Origin: an uncultured Candidatus Saccharibacteria bacterium
Lineage (GTDB): Bacteria; Patescibacteriota; Minisyncoccia; Spechtbacterales; HO2-43-30
Direction of reading: 5' to 3'
Assembly: GCA_964504205.1 (NCBI GenBank)
Contig: CAZDDE010000001.1
Location: 58,473-122,472, forward strand
DNA length: 64,000 nucleotides
Below the pieces are notes generated by a model. It worked only from the letters and a program-made list of their open reading frames with translations. It was not told the DNA's origin and did not search any database. Shown here piece after piece: positions 9,450-17,627 of this stretch; position 1 is the first letter of the stretch; each line of letters begins with the position of its first letter. A program made the position numbers and the translations under genes.

Positions 9450-10150
9450 TTGAACCCGAGATTATCCTTGCAAAACTTTTGCGAAGCGCAAATGTCCCGC
9501 ACGCGCTTTTGTTTACCGGCTTGGATGAAGGGCGCAAAACCAATGCCGCCTTTAATTTTATCAAAGGTTTGCTTACGGAGCGTGCCATGCCATTTGATTT
9601 TTTGCACGTCACAGATTCACCAGTACCAATAGAAAGAATCCGTGATCTAAAGTCAGCTTTTGCGAAGAGTCCATTGGCGGGCGCGCACAAAGCCGCACTT
9701 ATTGCCGATGCGGGCAGTTTCCGCGCGGATGCCGCAAATTCCTTTTTGAAGCTCCTTGAAGAACCCGCCGGCCAAGCGCTTTTTATTCTTATGGCCCATG
9801 CGCGTTCCAGCGTTTTACCGACAATTGTTTCCCGGACGCTCGAAGTTAGGTTTCCAGTGACGGGTAGAATCGGTCAAAAAACGGCCGGGGATGACGAGAC
9901 GTTTAACATCTTTATCGGCGATAACCTGACGGATAAATTGCGCGCAGCGCAAAAATACAGTTTGAAAAATAAATCCGAATTGTTAAGCATTTTAGATGTT
10001 TGGCTTATGAAACTGCGGAGTAAACTTTGTTTAGGCGAAGACATTAATGTTTGTTTTATAAAAAAGATATTGCAGCTGAAAAAAATTATTGTAAGTACCA
10101 ATGCTAATCCACAGCTACAGCTCGAAGAATTATTTGTAAGTTCGCTTTAA
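9446..10150 (+). CDS. holB: DNA polymerase III delta' subunit (clamp loader, AAA+ without a Walker A)
   Basis: HALLFTG (degenerate P-loop as in delta'), SR.. sensor motif (TIVSRT); 4-nt overlap with the upstream gene. Confidence 0.65.
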   Translation: MIEPEIILAKLLRSANVPHALLFTGLDEGRKTNAAFNFIKGLLTERAMPFDFLHVTDSPVPIERIRDLKSAFAKSPLAGAHKAALIADAGSFRADAANSFLKLLEEPAGQALFILMAHARSSVLPTIVSRTLEVRFPVTGRIGQKTAGDDETFNIFIGDNLTDKLRAAQKYSLKNKSELLSILDVWLMKLRSKLCLGEDINVCFIKKILQLKKIIVSTNANPQLQLEELFVSSL

Positions 10151-10152
10151 CT

Positions 10153-11250
10153 ATGCGCGATGCCGCTGTCATAACCATTACTCTTATCCTTGTTTTTTTG
10201 CTGTTAGGCTACACCTATAATTTAGTTTCGCCGTATTTGATAAAACTTGGTGTGATAGAAAAATCCGATAAGCGAGCTGTTCTTGCGCCGGACGGCGGGA
10301 TATTCCGCTCGGAAGATTTTGGCCGCACTTGGGCGCAAGCCAATAAGACAACCGACGGCGGAGAGCTTGAAAAAAGTGATGTTTTTGAGATAAAATTTTC
10401 ACCGAAGGACGCGCGCATGATTTATGCGGCAACGGCAAAGGGGCTGTTTGTAAGTCAGGACAGTGCAAATACCTGGCGCAATATTTTGGACGCAAAGATA
10501 GTTTTTTCAGACGAGGCGATTGTTGCATTTGCTTTGGATCAGAAAAATCCGCAAAGAATGTATCTTGCGGCCTTCGAGGTTAACAAACGAAGCCGTATAC
10601 TCAAGACAAAAGGAGTTGGATTTTATGAGGTTTATTCCACTGCCGCGGCTGAAAATAAAATTACCGGGCTTTGGGTTGATTCGTTTGATCCGAGTGTAAT
10701 TTATGCCGGCACGACTCAAGGTTTACTTCTTGTAAGCCGCGATTTTGGCGAATCTTGGGGAATAGTGCATGAATTTACAGGTCCGGTAGGTGAGCTTGAA
10801 ATGTTGCCTTCCGATACGCGCGTTATCCTTGTTGCCGCGGGAGGATCAATTTTTAAATCGCCGAATCAAGGGAATACTTTTAAGCAAATCTGGCAGGAGG
10901 GGGGTATCGGCGCAACTTCAACCTTGATAAACGACCTCTCTATTGATCCCCATGATGAGACTGTGATTTATGCGGCTACATCGCGCGGGCTGTTTAGATC
11001 CAGCGATAGCGGCCTTTCATTTACACAGCTCAAATTCCCAATCGCCGCTGAAGCGGCGAATGTAGCTACCGTTTATGCGGCGCGCGAAAAAAAGAATCTG
11101 CTTTTGCTTGGCATTAATTCCGATATTTACAAAAGCGAGGATGCTGGCGTAAGTTGGCAAATTCAGCAGCTCAACAGTTCGCGTAAAGTTAGCGTAGTTA
11201 AAATAAAACCAGGCGATCTGCAGACAATTTTTGCAGGCGTAAAGCAATAA
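10153..11250 (+). CDS. membrane-anchored BNR/Asp-box repeat beta-propeller protein (Ycf48/sialidase-like)
   Basis: N-terminal transmembrane helix plus five S-x-D-x-G-x-(T/S)-(W/F) Asp-box repeats (SEDFGRTW, SQDSANTW, SRDFGESW, SSDSGLSF, SEDAGVSW). Confidence 0.65.
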   Translation: MRDAAVITITLILVFLLLGYTYNLVSPYLIKLGVIEKSDKRAVLAPDGGIFRSEDFGRTWAQANKTTDGGELEKSDVFEIKFSPKDARMIYAATAKGLFVSQDSANTWRNILDAKIVFSDEAIVAFALDQKNPQRMYLAAFEVNKRSRILKTKGVGFYEVYSTAAAENKITGLWVDSFDPSVIYAGTTQGLLLVSRDFGESWGIVHEFTGPVGELEMLPSDTRVILVAAGGSIFKSPNQGNTFKQIWQEGGIGATSTLINDLSIDPHDETVIYAATSRGLFRSSDSGLSFTQLKFPIAAEAANVATVYAAREKKNLLLLGINSDIYKSEDAGVSWQIQQLNSSRKVSVVKIKPGDLQTIFAGVKQ

Positions 11251-11265
11251 TAATACCATACCGCT

Positions 11266-11802
11266 ATGATTCGCGATGAACTTGTAAAAATTCACGACTA
11301 CCTTAAATCAGAGTTTCTCAAAACGCGCGTCGGGCGCGCCTCCATCGATTTGGTTGAAGATATAAAAGTTGAAGTTTATGGCACAAAAATGCCGCTCAAC
11401 GAGCTCGCCACGCTTTCAGCGCCGGAGCCGCGGCTTGTTGTTGTGCAGCCATGGGATAAAAATATTTTAAAAAATATCGAAAAAGCTCTGCGGGAAAACT
11501 TAGCCGACTTCAACCCCATAATTGCTAGTGATTTAATACGCATTCCCTTCCCAGCCCCTAGCGCAGAGAGGAGAAAGGTGCTAGTAAAGGAAATTGGGAA
11601 GATTGCGGAAGAAGCAAGAATAAAAATTCGCCGCGCGCGGGAAGATGCTGTTTCCGCGATTGAAGCAGGGGAGCAGCGTGGTGAAATTTCCGAGGATGAA
11701 CTCCATCGCCAAAAAGATGCGGTGCAAAGGCAAGTTGATGAATTTAATCGTCTCGTGGAAGAAGAACGCAGAAAAAAGGAGGAAGAAATAATGAGTGTTT
11801 AA
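11266..11802 (+). CDS. frr: ribosome recycling factor
   Basis: 178 aa; RRF family (VYGTKMPLNELA..S.PE.R...V.PWD, coiled-coil C-terminus). Confidence 0.9.
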   Translation: MIRDELVKIHDYLKSEFLKTRVGRASIDLVEDIKVEVYGTKMPLNELATLSAPEPRLVVVQPWDKNILKNIEKALRENLADFNPIIASDLIRIPFPAPSAERRKVLVKEIGKIAEEARIKIRRAREDAVSAIEAGEQRGEISEDELHRQKDAVQRQVDEFNRLVEEERRKKEEEIMSV

Positions 11803-12881
11803 TGATTACCATTTTTTTACTTATCGCGATACTCGCGATTTTAATATTTGTTCACGAATTTGGCCATTTTATCATTGCGAAGCGCTCGGGAGCGCGCGTT
11901 GAAGAATTCGGTTTCGGATTTCCGCCGCGCGTTTTTGGCGTAAAAAAGGGAGAAACAGTTTACTCTCTCAACCTTTTGCCGATTGGTGGATTCGTGAAGA
12001 TTTTTGGCGAAGACGGCGACGAGCGAAAAGATAAACGCAGTTTTGGCTCAAAATCAATTGCAACGCGCGCTTTAATCATTGGCGCCGGAGTGATTATGAA
12101 TATGTTGCTTGCGGCAATCTTATTGTCATTTGGGCATATGATTGGGCTTCCGCAGGTTATCGACGGCGAAGGCGCTGGCGCCAATGTTAAAAATATCGCC
12201 ATTCGCGTTGCCGAAGTTGCTAAAAACTCACCAGCGGAATCTGCTGATATTAAAAATGGCGATGTAATTTATGCGATGGGTTTGGACCATCTTAGGGATG
12301 TTGCGGAGATTACGGAGATTCAGAATTTTACAAATGAACATCTTGGGGAAAAAATTAAAGTTGTTGTAAAGCGCGGCAATGCGGTTGTTACTAAAGAACT
12401 TGTTCCGAGGGTAGTTTATCCTGAAGGCGAAGGACCAATCGGCATTGCAATGGTGAAGACCGGCCAAATTTCTTATCCATTTTACATTGCGCCGTTTAAA
12501 GGCGTAGAAAGCACAGCTATTATTGCTTGGAATACCGTACAGGCATTCGTCAAAATTTTTGCGGATTTGTTTATGACCGGCAAACTTACGGAAGATCTCG
12601 CCGGACCAATCGGCATTGCGGTTATAACCGGCGAGGTTCAAAAAATGGGCTTCATCTTTCTTTTGCAGTTCGTTGCCTTAATGTCTATCAATTTAGCTAT
12701 AATCAATGTTTTGCCGATTCCAGCCCTTGATGGCGGGCGACTTTTATTCCTGGCTATTGAAAAAATTAAAGGATCACCAGTAAAGCAAAAATATGAAAAG
12801 ATGGCGCACACGATTGGTTTTGCAGTCTTAGTATTTTTGATGATCCTCGTAACTTTTCGGGATATAGGCAAGTTATTGTAG
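11802..12881 (+). CDS. rseP: RIP zinc metalloprotease RseP (site-2 protease)
   Basis: HEFGHF HExxH motif in TM1, a PDZ domain, and a C-terminal LDGG motif (PIPALDGGRLL). Confidence 0.88.
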   Translation: MITIFLLIAILAILIFVHEFGHFIIAKRSGARVEEFGFGFPPRVFGVKKGETVYSLNLLPIGGFVKIFGEDGDERKDKRSFGSKSIATRALIIGAGVIMNMLLAAILLSFGHMIGLPQVIDGEGAGANVKNIAIRVAEVAKNSPAESADIKNGDVIYAMGLDHLRDVAEITEIQNFTNEHLGEKIKVVVKRGNAVVTKELVPRVVYPEGEGPIGIAMVKTGQISYPFYIAPFKGVESTAIIAWNTVQAFVKIFADLFMTGKLTEDLAGPIGIAVITGEVQKMGFIFLLQFVALMSINLAIINVLPIPALDGGRLLFLAIEKIKGSPVKQKYEKMAHTIGFAVLVFLMILVTFRDIGKLL

Positions 12882-12941
12882 TCTTTAGTAAAGTTAGTAC
12901 TTACGCGTTTGCCGTATTTTATTCATAACTCCCCCTTGCCT

Positions 12942-13018
12942 CCCCCTCTTACCTTAAGAGGGGGAAACTCGGCACACGGCTTTGTGCTGCGCTCCCCTCT
13001 CTTAATGTAAGAGAGGGG
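12942..13018. repeat. pair of near-identical GC-rich palindromic hairpins (REP-like)
   Basis: CCCCCTCTTA-cct-TAAGAGGGGG (12942-12964) and CCCCTCTCTTA-atg-TAAGAGAGGGG (12994-13018), each a perfect 10-11-bp stem. No T-tract follows, so they are not classical terminators. Confidence 0.7.
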
Positions 13019-13075
13019 ACGGGGGTGAGTTATACAGTGCAAGCGCGTAAGTCCTAAAATTTAGGCATATCTAAA

Positions 13076-14066
13076 ATGGTTCAATAGAGCCAAAAATAGA
13101 AATCATCTACTAAAAAATGGTTCTACAAGGCCGTTTTTTAATATGTAACTACGTTTTCTAATCAATAGCTTTGCATCACCTCGTTCGGTGTTTTGAACTG
13201 TAATCCCATATGCGGTCGTTCCTCATTGTAGTATCGGAGATAATCCGGTATTTCTTTTTGCCACGATTTCAAACTCCTTGGGATACGGTTCAAACACTCG
13301 TCCTGTATGGTCCGATTGAACCTCTCAAGATGAGCGTTGTCGTTCGGTTTTCGGACTCGAGAATGGCGATGCGCGATCCCGTCAACCGCCACCATTTTCG
13401 TGAACCACTTCGAGAACTCCGGTCCGTGATCCGACTGCAGGGTCTTGACCAGAAATGGTAGTGACGCTGTCCGCACAAATTTCAGACTTCTATGGGTACT
13501 GATTCTCATTGCTGGCTCGGCCCTGGAACAAACATCCAGTATGGTATATACATACAATCTATTCTCATGCGGTCCATCGTGAATCGTGTCAATTTCCACT
13601 AATACGCCTGGTTTTTCAGCTAAAGGCCGTTCCGGATACTGATGCCACTTCTTCCAGCGGGAGTACCGGCTGCAGCCAAATCTCTTCAATACCCGCTTCA
13701 CCGAACTCAAGCTTGCCTGGTAGCCGTCATTCGTTAATCGATGGTGGAGAATCTCCGCGCACTGATGTCTTTCCGACCGGTATTCAAGAATCTTCCTTAC
13801 GATTTCTTGAGAAAGTTCCCGCGGATGATGATGGGGACGACAAGAGCGAGTGGGGATTACCAGTAAGTTAGAATTCCGCGCCTGTTCGACCCAGCGGACA
13901 ATGGAACTTTGATGGTATCCGGTGTGCCTGGAGACTCGTCTCGTGCTCCAGCCGTCACGAATTACCAACTGAGCGGCTTTCATCCGAAGCCGAGGAATAT
14001 ATTGATTTGTAGTGTATGGCATACCCATAGCTTAGAGCCATAGGTGATGCAAAGCTATTGAACCAT
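13076..14066 (-). mobile_element. IS481-family insertion sequence (single-ORF DDE transposase) with 24-bp terminal inverted repeats; the left repeat is interrupted
   Basis: Right inverted repeat GGTGATGCAAAGCTATTGAACCAT (14043-14066). Its reverse complement ATGGTTCAATAG|CTTTGCATCACC occurs on the left as 13076-13087 plus 13169-13180, split by about 75 bp followed by a repeated CAATAG. Confidence 0.7.
13162..14028 (-). CDS. IS481-family transposase (rve/DDE integrase core with N-terminal HTH)
   Basis: D (VEIDTIH), D (LQSDHGPEF), E (NDNAHLERFNRTIQDE), ERPHMGL motif; 288 aa single ORF. Confidence 0.88.
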   Translation of the reverse strand: MGMPYTTNQYIPRLRMKAAQLVIRDGWSTRRVSRHTGYHQSSIVRWVEQARNSNLLVIPTRSCRPHHHPRELSQEIVRKILEYRSERHQCAEILHHRLTNDGYQASLSSVKRVLKRFGCSRYSRWKKWHQYPERPLAEKPGVLVEIDTIHDGPHENRLYVYTILDVCSRAEPAMRISTHRSLKFVRTASLPFLVKTLQSDHGPEFSKWFTKMVAVDGIAHRHSRVRKPNDNAHLERFNRTIQDECLNRIPRSLKSWQKEIPDYLRYYNEERPHMGLQFKTPNEVMQSY

Positions 14067-14067
14067 A

Positions 14068-14889
14068 ACGAACTATTGACAAATATATTATTATATGCTA
14101 TAATGGGACTGTAAAATAAAGATACAAAAGTTCCTTGAAACAGAACAAGAGAAGAGAGACCCAACCCGAGGGCATCGGGATATAACCATAAGCAGGTTAA
14201 AGTATATGTTAAATAAGACGGTTGAGAAATCTCTTCTCTAGATGAAGTATCTAAGAAAAGATTTCCCAGCCGTTTTTCATTGCCCTTCCGAAGCTCCCGA
14301 GAGCGAAGGAGGGAGGAGAGAGTAATAAGATGGGTGGACACTAAACAACATATAATTGGTCTTAACCCACATCTTACAAAATTCATCCCGCACTTATTAT
14401 GAACAAGCTACGCTTAGAAACGCAGTCAGTTCATAATAAGTGCGGGACTCATCCTCCATCCTTGGCCCTCGAAGCTTTATGCGAAGTGGGCCTTCTCTCT
14501 AGATACGAGAGAAGATGTGAATTTAAGAGCTTGGGTAGTTCTTTCAAACGAAATAGTCATAGGTGGGGGACAAAGTGTCCTTGATGCAGAATTGAGGATA
14601 TCTCGTCCTTCACCTTCTCCGACTGCTCTGGATAAATTTCAAATCGTCCAGTGAAAGTGGAGGTCCCCTCAAGGTAAGGGAAAGGAGATAGACGTCGGCT
14701 TAGCCGACGTAATCCTCAGCATGGCATGGGTCTCGACCTGGCCATGTCTAAAGGGGCAGGATAACCTGCTCCGCGTGTCCTAACGAAAAGTTAGGGGAGC
14801 GCGTATTGCAAGATACGTAGCTCCCCGCTTCCACCGAATTTCTCACTTGCAAAAGTGGGAGATTCAGAGGAGGAGAGTTCTCTGAGAGA
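14068..14889. ncRNA. ORF-free, highly structured ~820-bp region; candidate large noncoding RNA of unknown class
   Basis: No ORF of 60 aa or more in any frame in an otherwise gene-dense genome. Many perfect or near-perfect local hairpins: 18-bp stem CCCGCACTTATTATGAAC/GTTCATAATAAGTGCGGG at 14383-14445; GCAGG-ataa-CCTGC; CGCG...CCTAAC-gaaaa-GTTAGG...CGCG (GNRA-like loop); GACGTCGGC-tta-GCCGACGT; CATGGC...GCCATG. Confidence 0.4.
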
Positions 14890-15147
14890 TTATCGATAGA
14901 TGTCTTTGCGATGGTCTATATCAAAAAAGACAGCGTGGTTTGTATCTTTGAAGTAAAAGAAAACCCGATATCGTCGGGTAATACGGAAAGAAAGCGCGTA
15001 ACCAAGACTTTGCACCTTCTTGATATGCAGACGGGAGTCTCGCCAGTTCAAAAAGAAGCGTTGTTGTTGTAGAGTGTAAATTTTCTGAATTTCTTTCGGG
15101 AGTTTGCGCGACGCTTTTTCAAAGTCGGCGGTCTTGATTATTTCCAT
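14890..15147 (-). CDS. type II toxin, RelE/ParE superfamily
   Basis: 85 aa; ...RITRRYRVFFYF.....AVFFDIDHRKDIY matches the RelE/ParE C-terminal beta-sheet and R/K catalytic pattern; overlaps the upstream antitoxin ORF by 10 nt. Confidence 0.7.
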   Translation of the reverse strand: MEIIKTADFEKASRKLPKEIQKIYTLQQQRFFLNWRDSRLHIKKVQSLGYALSFRITRRYRVFFYFKDTNHAVFFDIDHRKDIYR

Positions 15148-15353
15148 GAGAAAGGAGCAGGAGGATGCTTCCGTGTTGCGTTTTCATAGGAACGTTTGAG
15201 ACGAGTGGGATGGGCATAGTTTTTTAAACGATCCTGCGGGAGAAAAAGCATCATATCATTGCGAAGATAGCGCAATTCCTGCAGAATCGCTTGTAGTATC
15301 TCTGAATTTTCAGTAGTCTTTTTAGGAAAATTTGCTGTATTAGTTAAAGCCAT
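15138..15353 (-). CDS. putative antitoxin partner of the RelE/ParE-like toxin
   Basis: 71-aa ORF immediately upstream of the toxin with a 10-nt overlap; antitoxin-first gene order. Confidence 0.5.
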   Translation of the reverse strand: MALTNTANFPKKTTENSEILQAILQELRYLRNDMMLFLPQDRLKNYAHPTRLKRSYENATRKHPPAPFSWK

Positions 15354-15579
15354 ATACCTATTGTATCTTTCTAAATAAAAAAGTCAAATTTCTCCATCAA
15401 AGCGCGTCTTTCGGTAAACTCAAGATGCTTTTCGGTGGGGAAGTAAGCCCAAAATGATGAGGTTTTTCAAACAAATATTCCTCATGAGGCTGCCGAGTTA
15501 TGGGACATAAATCTCTCTTCTCACTCATCGCTTATGCGATGAGCTGTCCCGTGGCTCGCAGCCTCATGGTGAGTATTTA

Positions 15580-15615
15580 AAAATCCCCTGTCATCATATG
15601 ACAGGGGATTTTGCT
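15580..15615. terminator. bidirectional rho-independent terminator
   Basis: ATCCCCTGTCAT-cat-ATGACAGGGGAT perfect 12-bp stem flanked by an A-run on the 5' side and a T-run on the 3' side; 2 nt past the CDF transporter stop. Confidence 0.8.
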
Positions 15616-15616
15616 T

Positions 15617-16267
15617 TTAGACAGATTTTAATTCAGAGCGACTCTCGCGGATTGTCTTTGCCCCGAGGTACAAAGCGGCGAGGGCTATTGGGATAGCGGC
15701 GATACCATCGGCGCGATAAAATCCAGTCGTTAAAATAATCAAGCCGCCGATAAGCACGCCAATTGAGGAGAACATATCAATAAAATTATCGCGCAGGGCA
15801 ATTTTCATGAGAAACGTTTTGCGAGCTCGCGTACCTTTGTAAGTTACCGAGAGCATTAAAATTGCCTGGATGATTTCGCTTGTAAGCGCAATAGATGCAA
15901 CAACGATCATGTACGCGCTTAAAATTTCGCCAGGCGATATGATCCTGATGATCCCCGACGCGCCTATATATAGGGCAGTGCCGATGATGACCCATCCCAT
16001 ATACAATCCGGCGCGTGCCTGTTTGCGTCTGTGTCCGGCCGCATTGCCCCAAAGAGCTATTGAAAAAATGGCGGCATGAAAAAGACTATGCAAGGCATCG
16101 CCAAGCACGGCGGCGCTTCCTCCAGAAAGCCGCCAGAAAATAAGGCCAAGTATAAAAGTAGTTAGAGTAAAGGCGATTCCTAGCTTAAGCAGCCAAGGCG
16201 GCGCTTTAGCGTGCGAGTGACGGCCATGCATATGGTCGTTCTCGCCGTGCGATGCGTGACTATGCAT
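15617..16267 (-). CDS. cation diffusion facilitator (CDF) family transporter, transmembrane domain only
   Basis: His-rich N-terminus (HSHASHGENDHMHGRHSH), six transmembrane helices, a TM2 SAAVLGDALHSLFHA metal-site motif; 216 aa with no C-terminal cytoplasmic domain. Confidence 0.7.
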   Translation of the reverse strand: MHSHASHGENDHMHGRHSHAKAPPWLLKLGIAFTLTTFILGLIFWRLSGGSAAVLGDALHSLFHAAIFSIALWGNAAGHRRKQARAGLYMGWVIIGTALYIGASGIIRIISPGEILSAYMIVVASIALTSEIIQAILMLSVTYKGTRARKTFLMKIALRDNFIDMFSSIGVLIGGLIILTTGFYRADGIAAIPIALAALYLGAKTIRESRSELKSV

Positions 16268-16361
16268 AACCGTCCTCCCATTTTTAATGTACCGATGCCA
16301 ACATTAGCATATTTGCGTCGGCAAAGCAACCTGCTATAATATTTAGAAGCACATTTTATTT

Positions 16362-17627
16362 ATGAAATTTACGGAATTATTTACTAAAACTTTGAAAGAA
16401 GCGCCGGCAGACGAACCGGCGAAAAATGCGCAGCTTTTAACGCGCGGAGGTTTTGTTTACAAAAATTCGGCGGGAGTTTACTCGTACTTGCCGCTCGGCT
16501 GGCTGGTTATAAACAAGATCAATAAAATTGTGCGCGAAGAGATGAATGCCATTGGCGGAGTAGAGATGTTCATGCCCGCGCTTGTGGATAGAAAGTATCT
16601 GGAGACAACGGATCGGTTTAAGCTGGATGTCGGATTTGATGCCCTCGGGAAAAAAGATAAAAAAGCGCCGTATGCCTTGGGTTGGACGCACGAAGAAGTG
16701 CTGACCGATATTGTTTCAAAGTATATTTATTCATACAAAGATTTGCCTATCGCTGTTTATCAGATTCAGACAAAGTTTCGCAACGAAGCGCGCGCGAAAA
16801 GCGGCCTTTTGCGCGGCCGCGAATTTCTCATGAAGGATCTCTATAGTTTTCATGCGGACGAAAAAGATCTTTTTGCATACTACGAAAAAGTAAAGCAGGC
16901 CTATTTTAATGTTGCGAGACGATGCGGCTTAAACACTTACTACACTGTTGCCGGCGGGGGAGATTTCACTATGTCCAACACTCACGAATTTCAGGTTTTA
17001 TCTGATGTTGGCGAAGATGAAATATATTATTGCAGTGATTGCGGTTACTCTGAAAATAAAGAGATATCAAAGTTAAAGCAAGGCGAAAAATGCCCTGCCC
17101 AAGAATGCGCCGGACTGATTAAGCACGACAACGCGATAGAAGTGGGCAATATTTTTCCGCTTGGAACTAAATATTCCCAAGCATTTAATCTCAAATATAG
17201 CGATGAGACTGGCAATAAAAAATTCGTAGTTATGGGTTCATACGGCATTGGCATCAGCCGATTGATAGGCACGGTCGTTGAAATTTCGAGCGACACAAAA
17301 GGGATAATTTGGCCAAAAGAAATCGCGCCATTTGACGCGCATCTTGTTTATCTTGCAACGAGCAACACACATGTGAAAGAAGAAGCAGATAAGATTTATG
17401 GTCTTTTACAGAAGGAGGGGATTGGAGTATTATACGATAATCGGGAAAACGCGACTGCCGGCGAAAAATTTACTGACGCCGATTTGCTGGGCATGCCTTG
17501 GCGCATCGTTATAAGCGATAAAACCTTAGCGCATAATTCCAGCGTGGAATTAAAGCGGCGCGATGAAAAAAATGCAGTACTATGCTCTCTAAACTCTTCG
17601 GTTATTTCTCAAAAGATATCGGCATAG
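16362..17627 (+). CDS. proS: prolyl-tRNA synthetase, short form without the editing insertion
   Basis: class II aaRS motifs, an anticodon-binding domain, and an inserted Cys-cluster zinc ribbon (CSDCGY...CPAQEC); 421 aa. Confidence 0.85.
   Translation: MKFTELFTKTLKEAPADEPAKNAQLLTRGGFVYKNSAGVYSYLPLGWLVINKINKIVREEMNAIGGVEMFMPALVDRKYLETTDRFKLDVGFDALGKKDKKAPYALGWTHEEVLTDIVSKYIYSYKDLPIAVYQIQTKFRNEARAKSGLLRGREFLMKDLYSFHADEKDLFAYYEKVKQAYFNVARRCGLNTYYTVAGGGDFTMSNTHEFQVLSDVGEDEIYYCSDCGYSENKEISKLKQGEKCPAQECAGLIKHDNAIEVGNIFPLGTKYSQAFNLKYSDETGNKKFVVMGSYGIGISRLIGTVVEISSDTKGIIWPKEIAPFDAHLVYLATSNTHVKEEADKIYGLLQKEGIGVLYDNRENATAGEKFTDADLLGMPWRIVISDKTLAHNSSVELKRRDEKNAVLCSLNSSVISQKISA

Noticed and set aside
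14600-14840. Possible RNase P RNA: strings resembling P4 (GUGAAAGUGGAGGUCCCC versus GGAAAGUCCGGGCUCC), P10-11 (GGUAAGGGAAAGGAG) and the 3' P4 strand (GACGUCGGCUUA)
   Set aside because: The conserved blocks occur in the wrong linear order for either type A or type B RNase P, and the universally conserved AGGAAAGUCC / ACAGAA-CCGGCUUA pairs cannot form P4. Kept only as an unclassified structured RNA.
15617-16267. Truncation of the CDF transporter C-terminal domain by the adjacent mobile insertion
   Set aside because: A clean intrinsic terminator follows the stop codon directly, suggesting a native 3' end. Transmembrane-domain-only CDFs exist.
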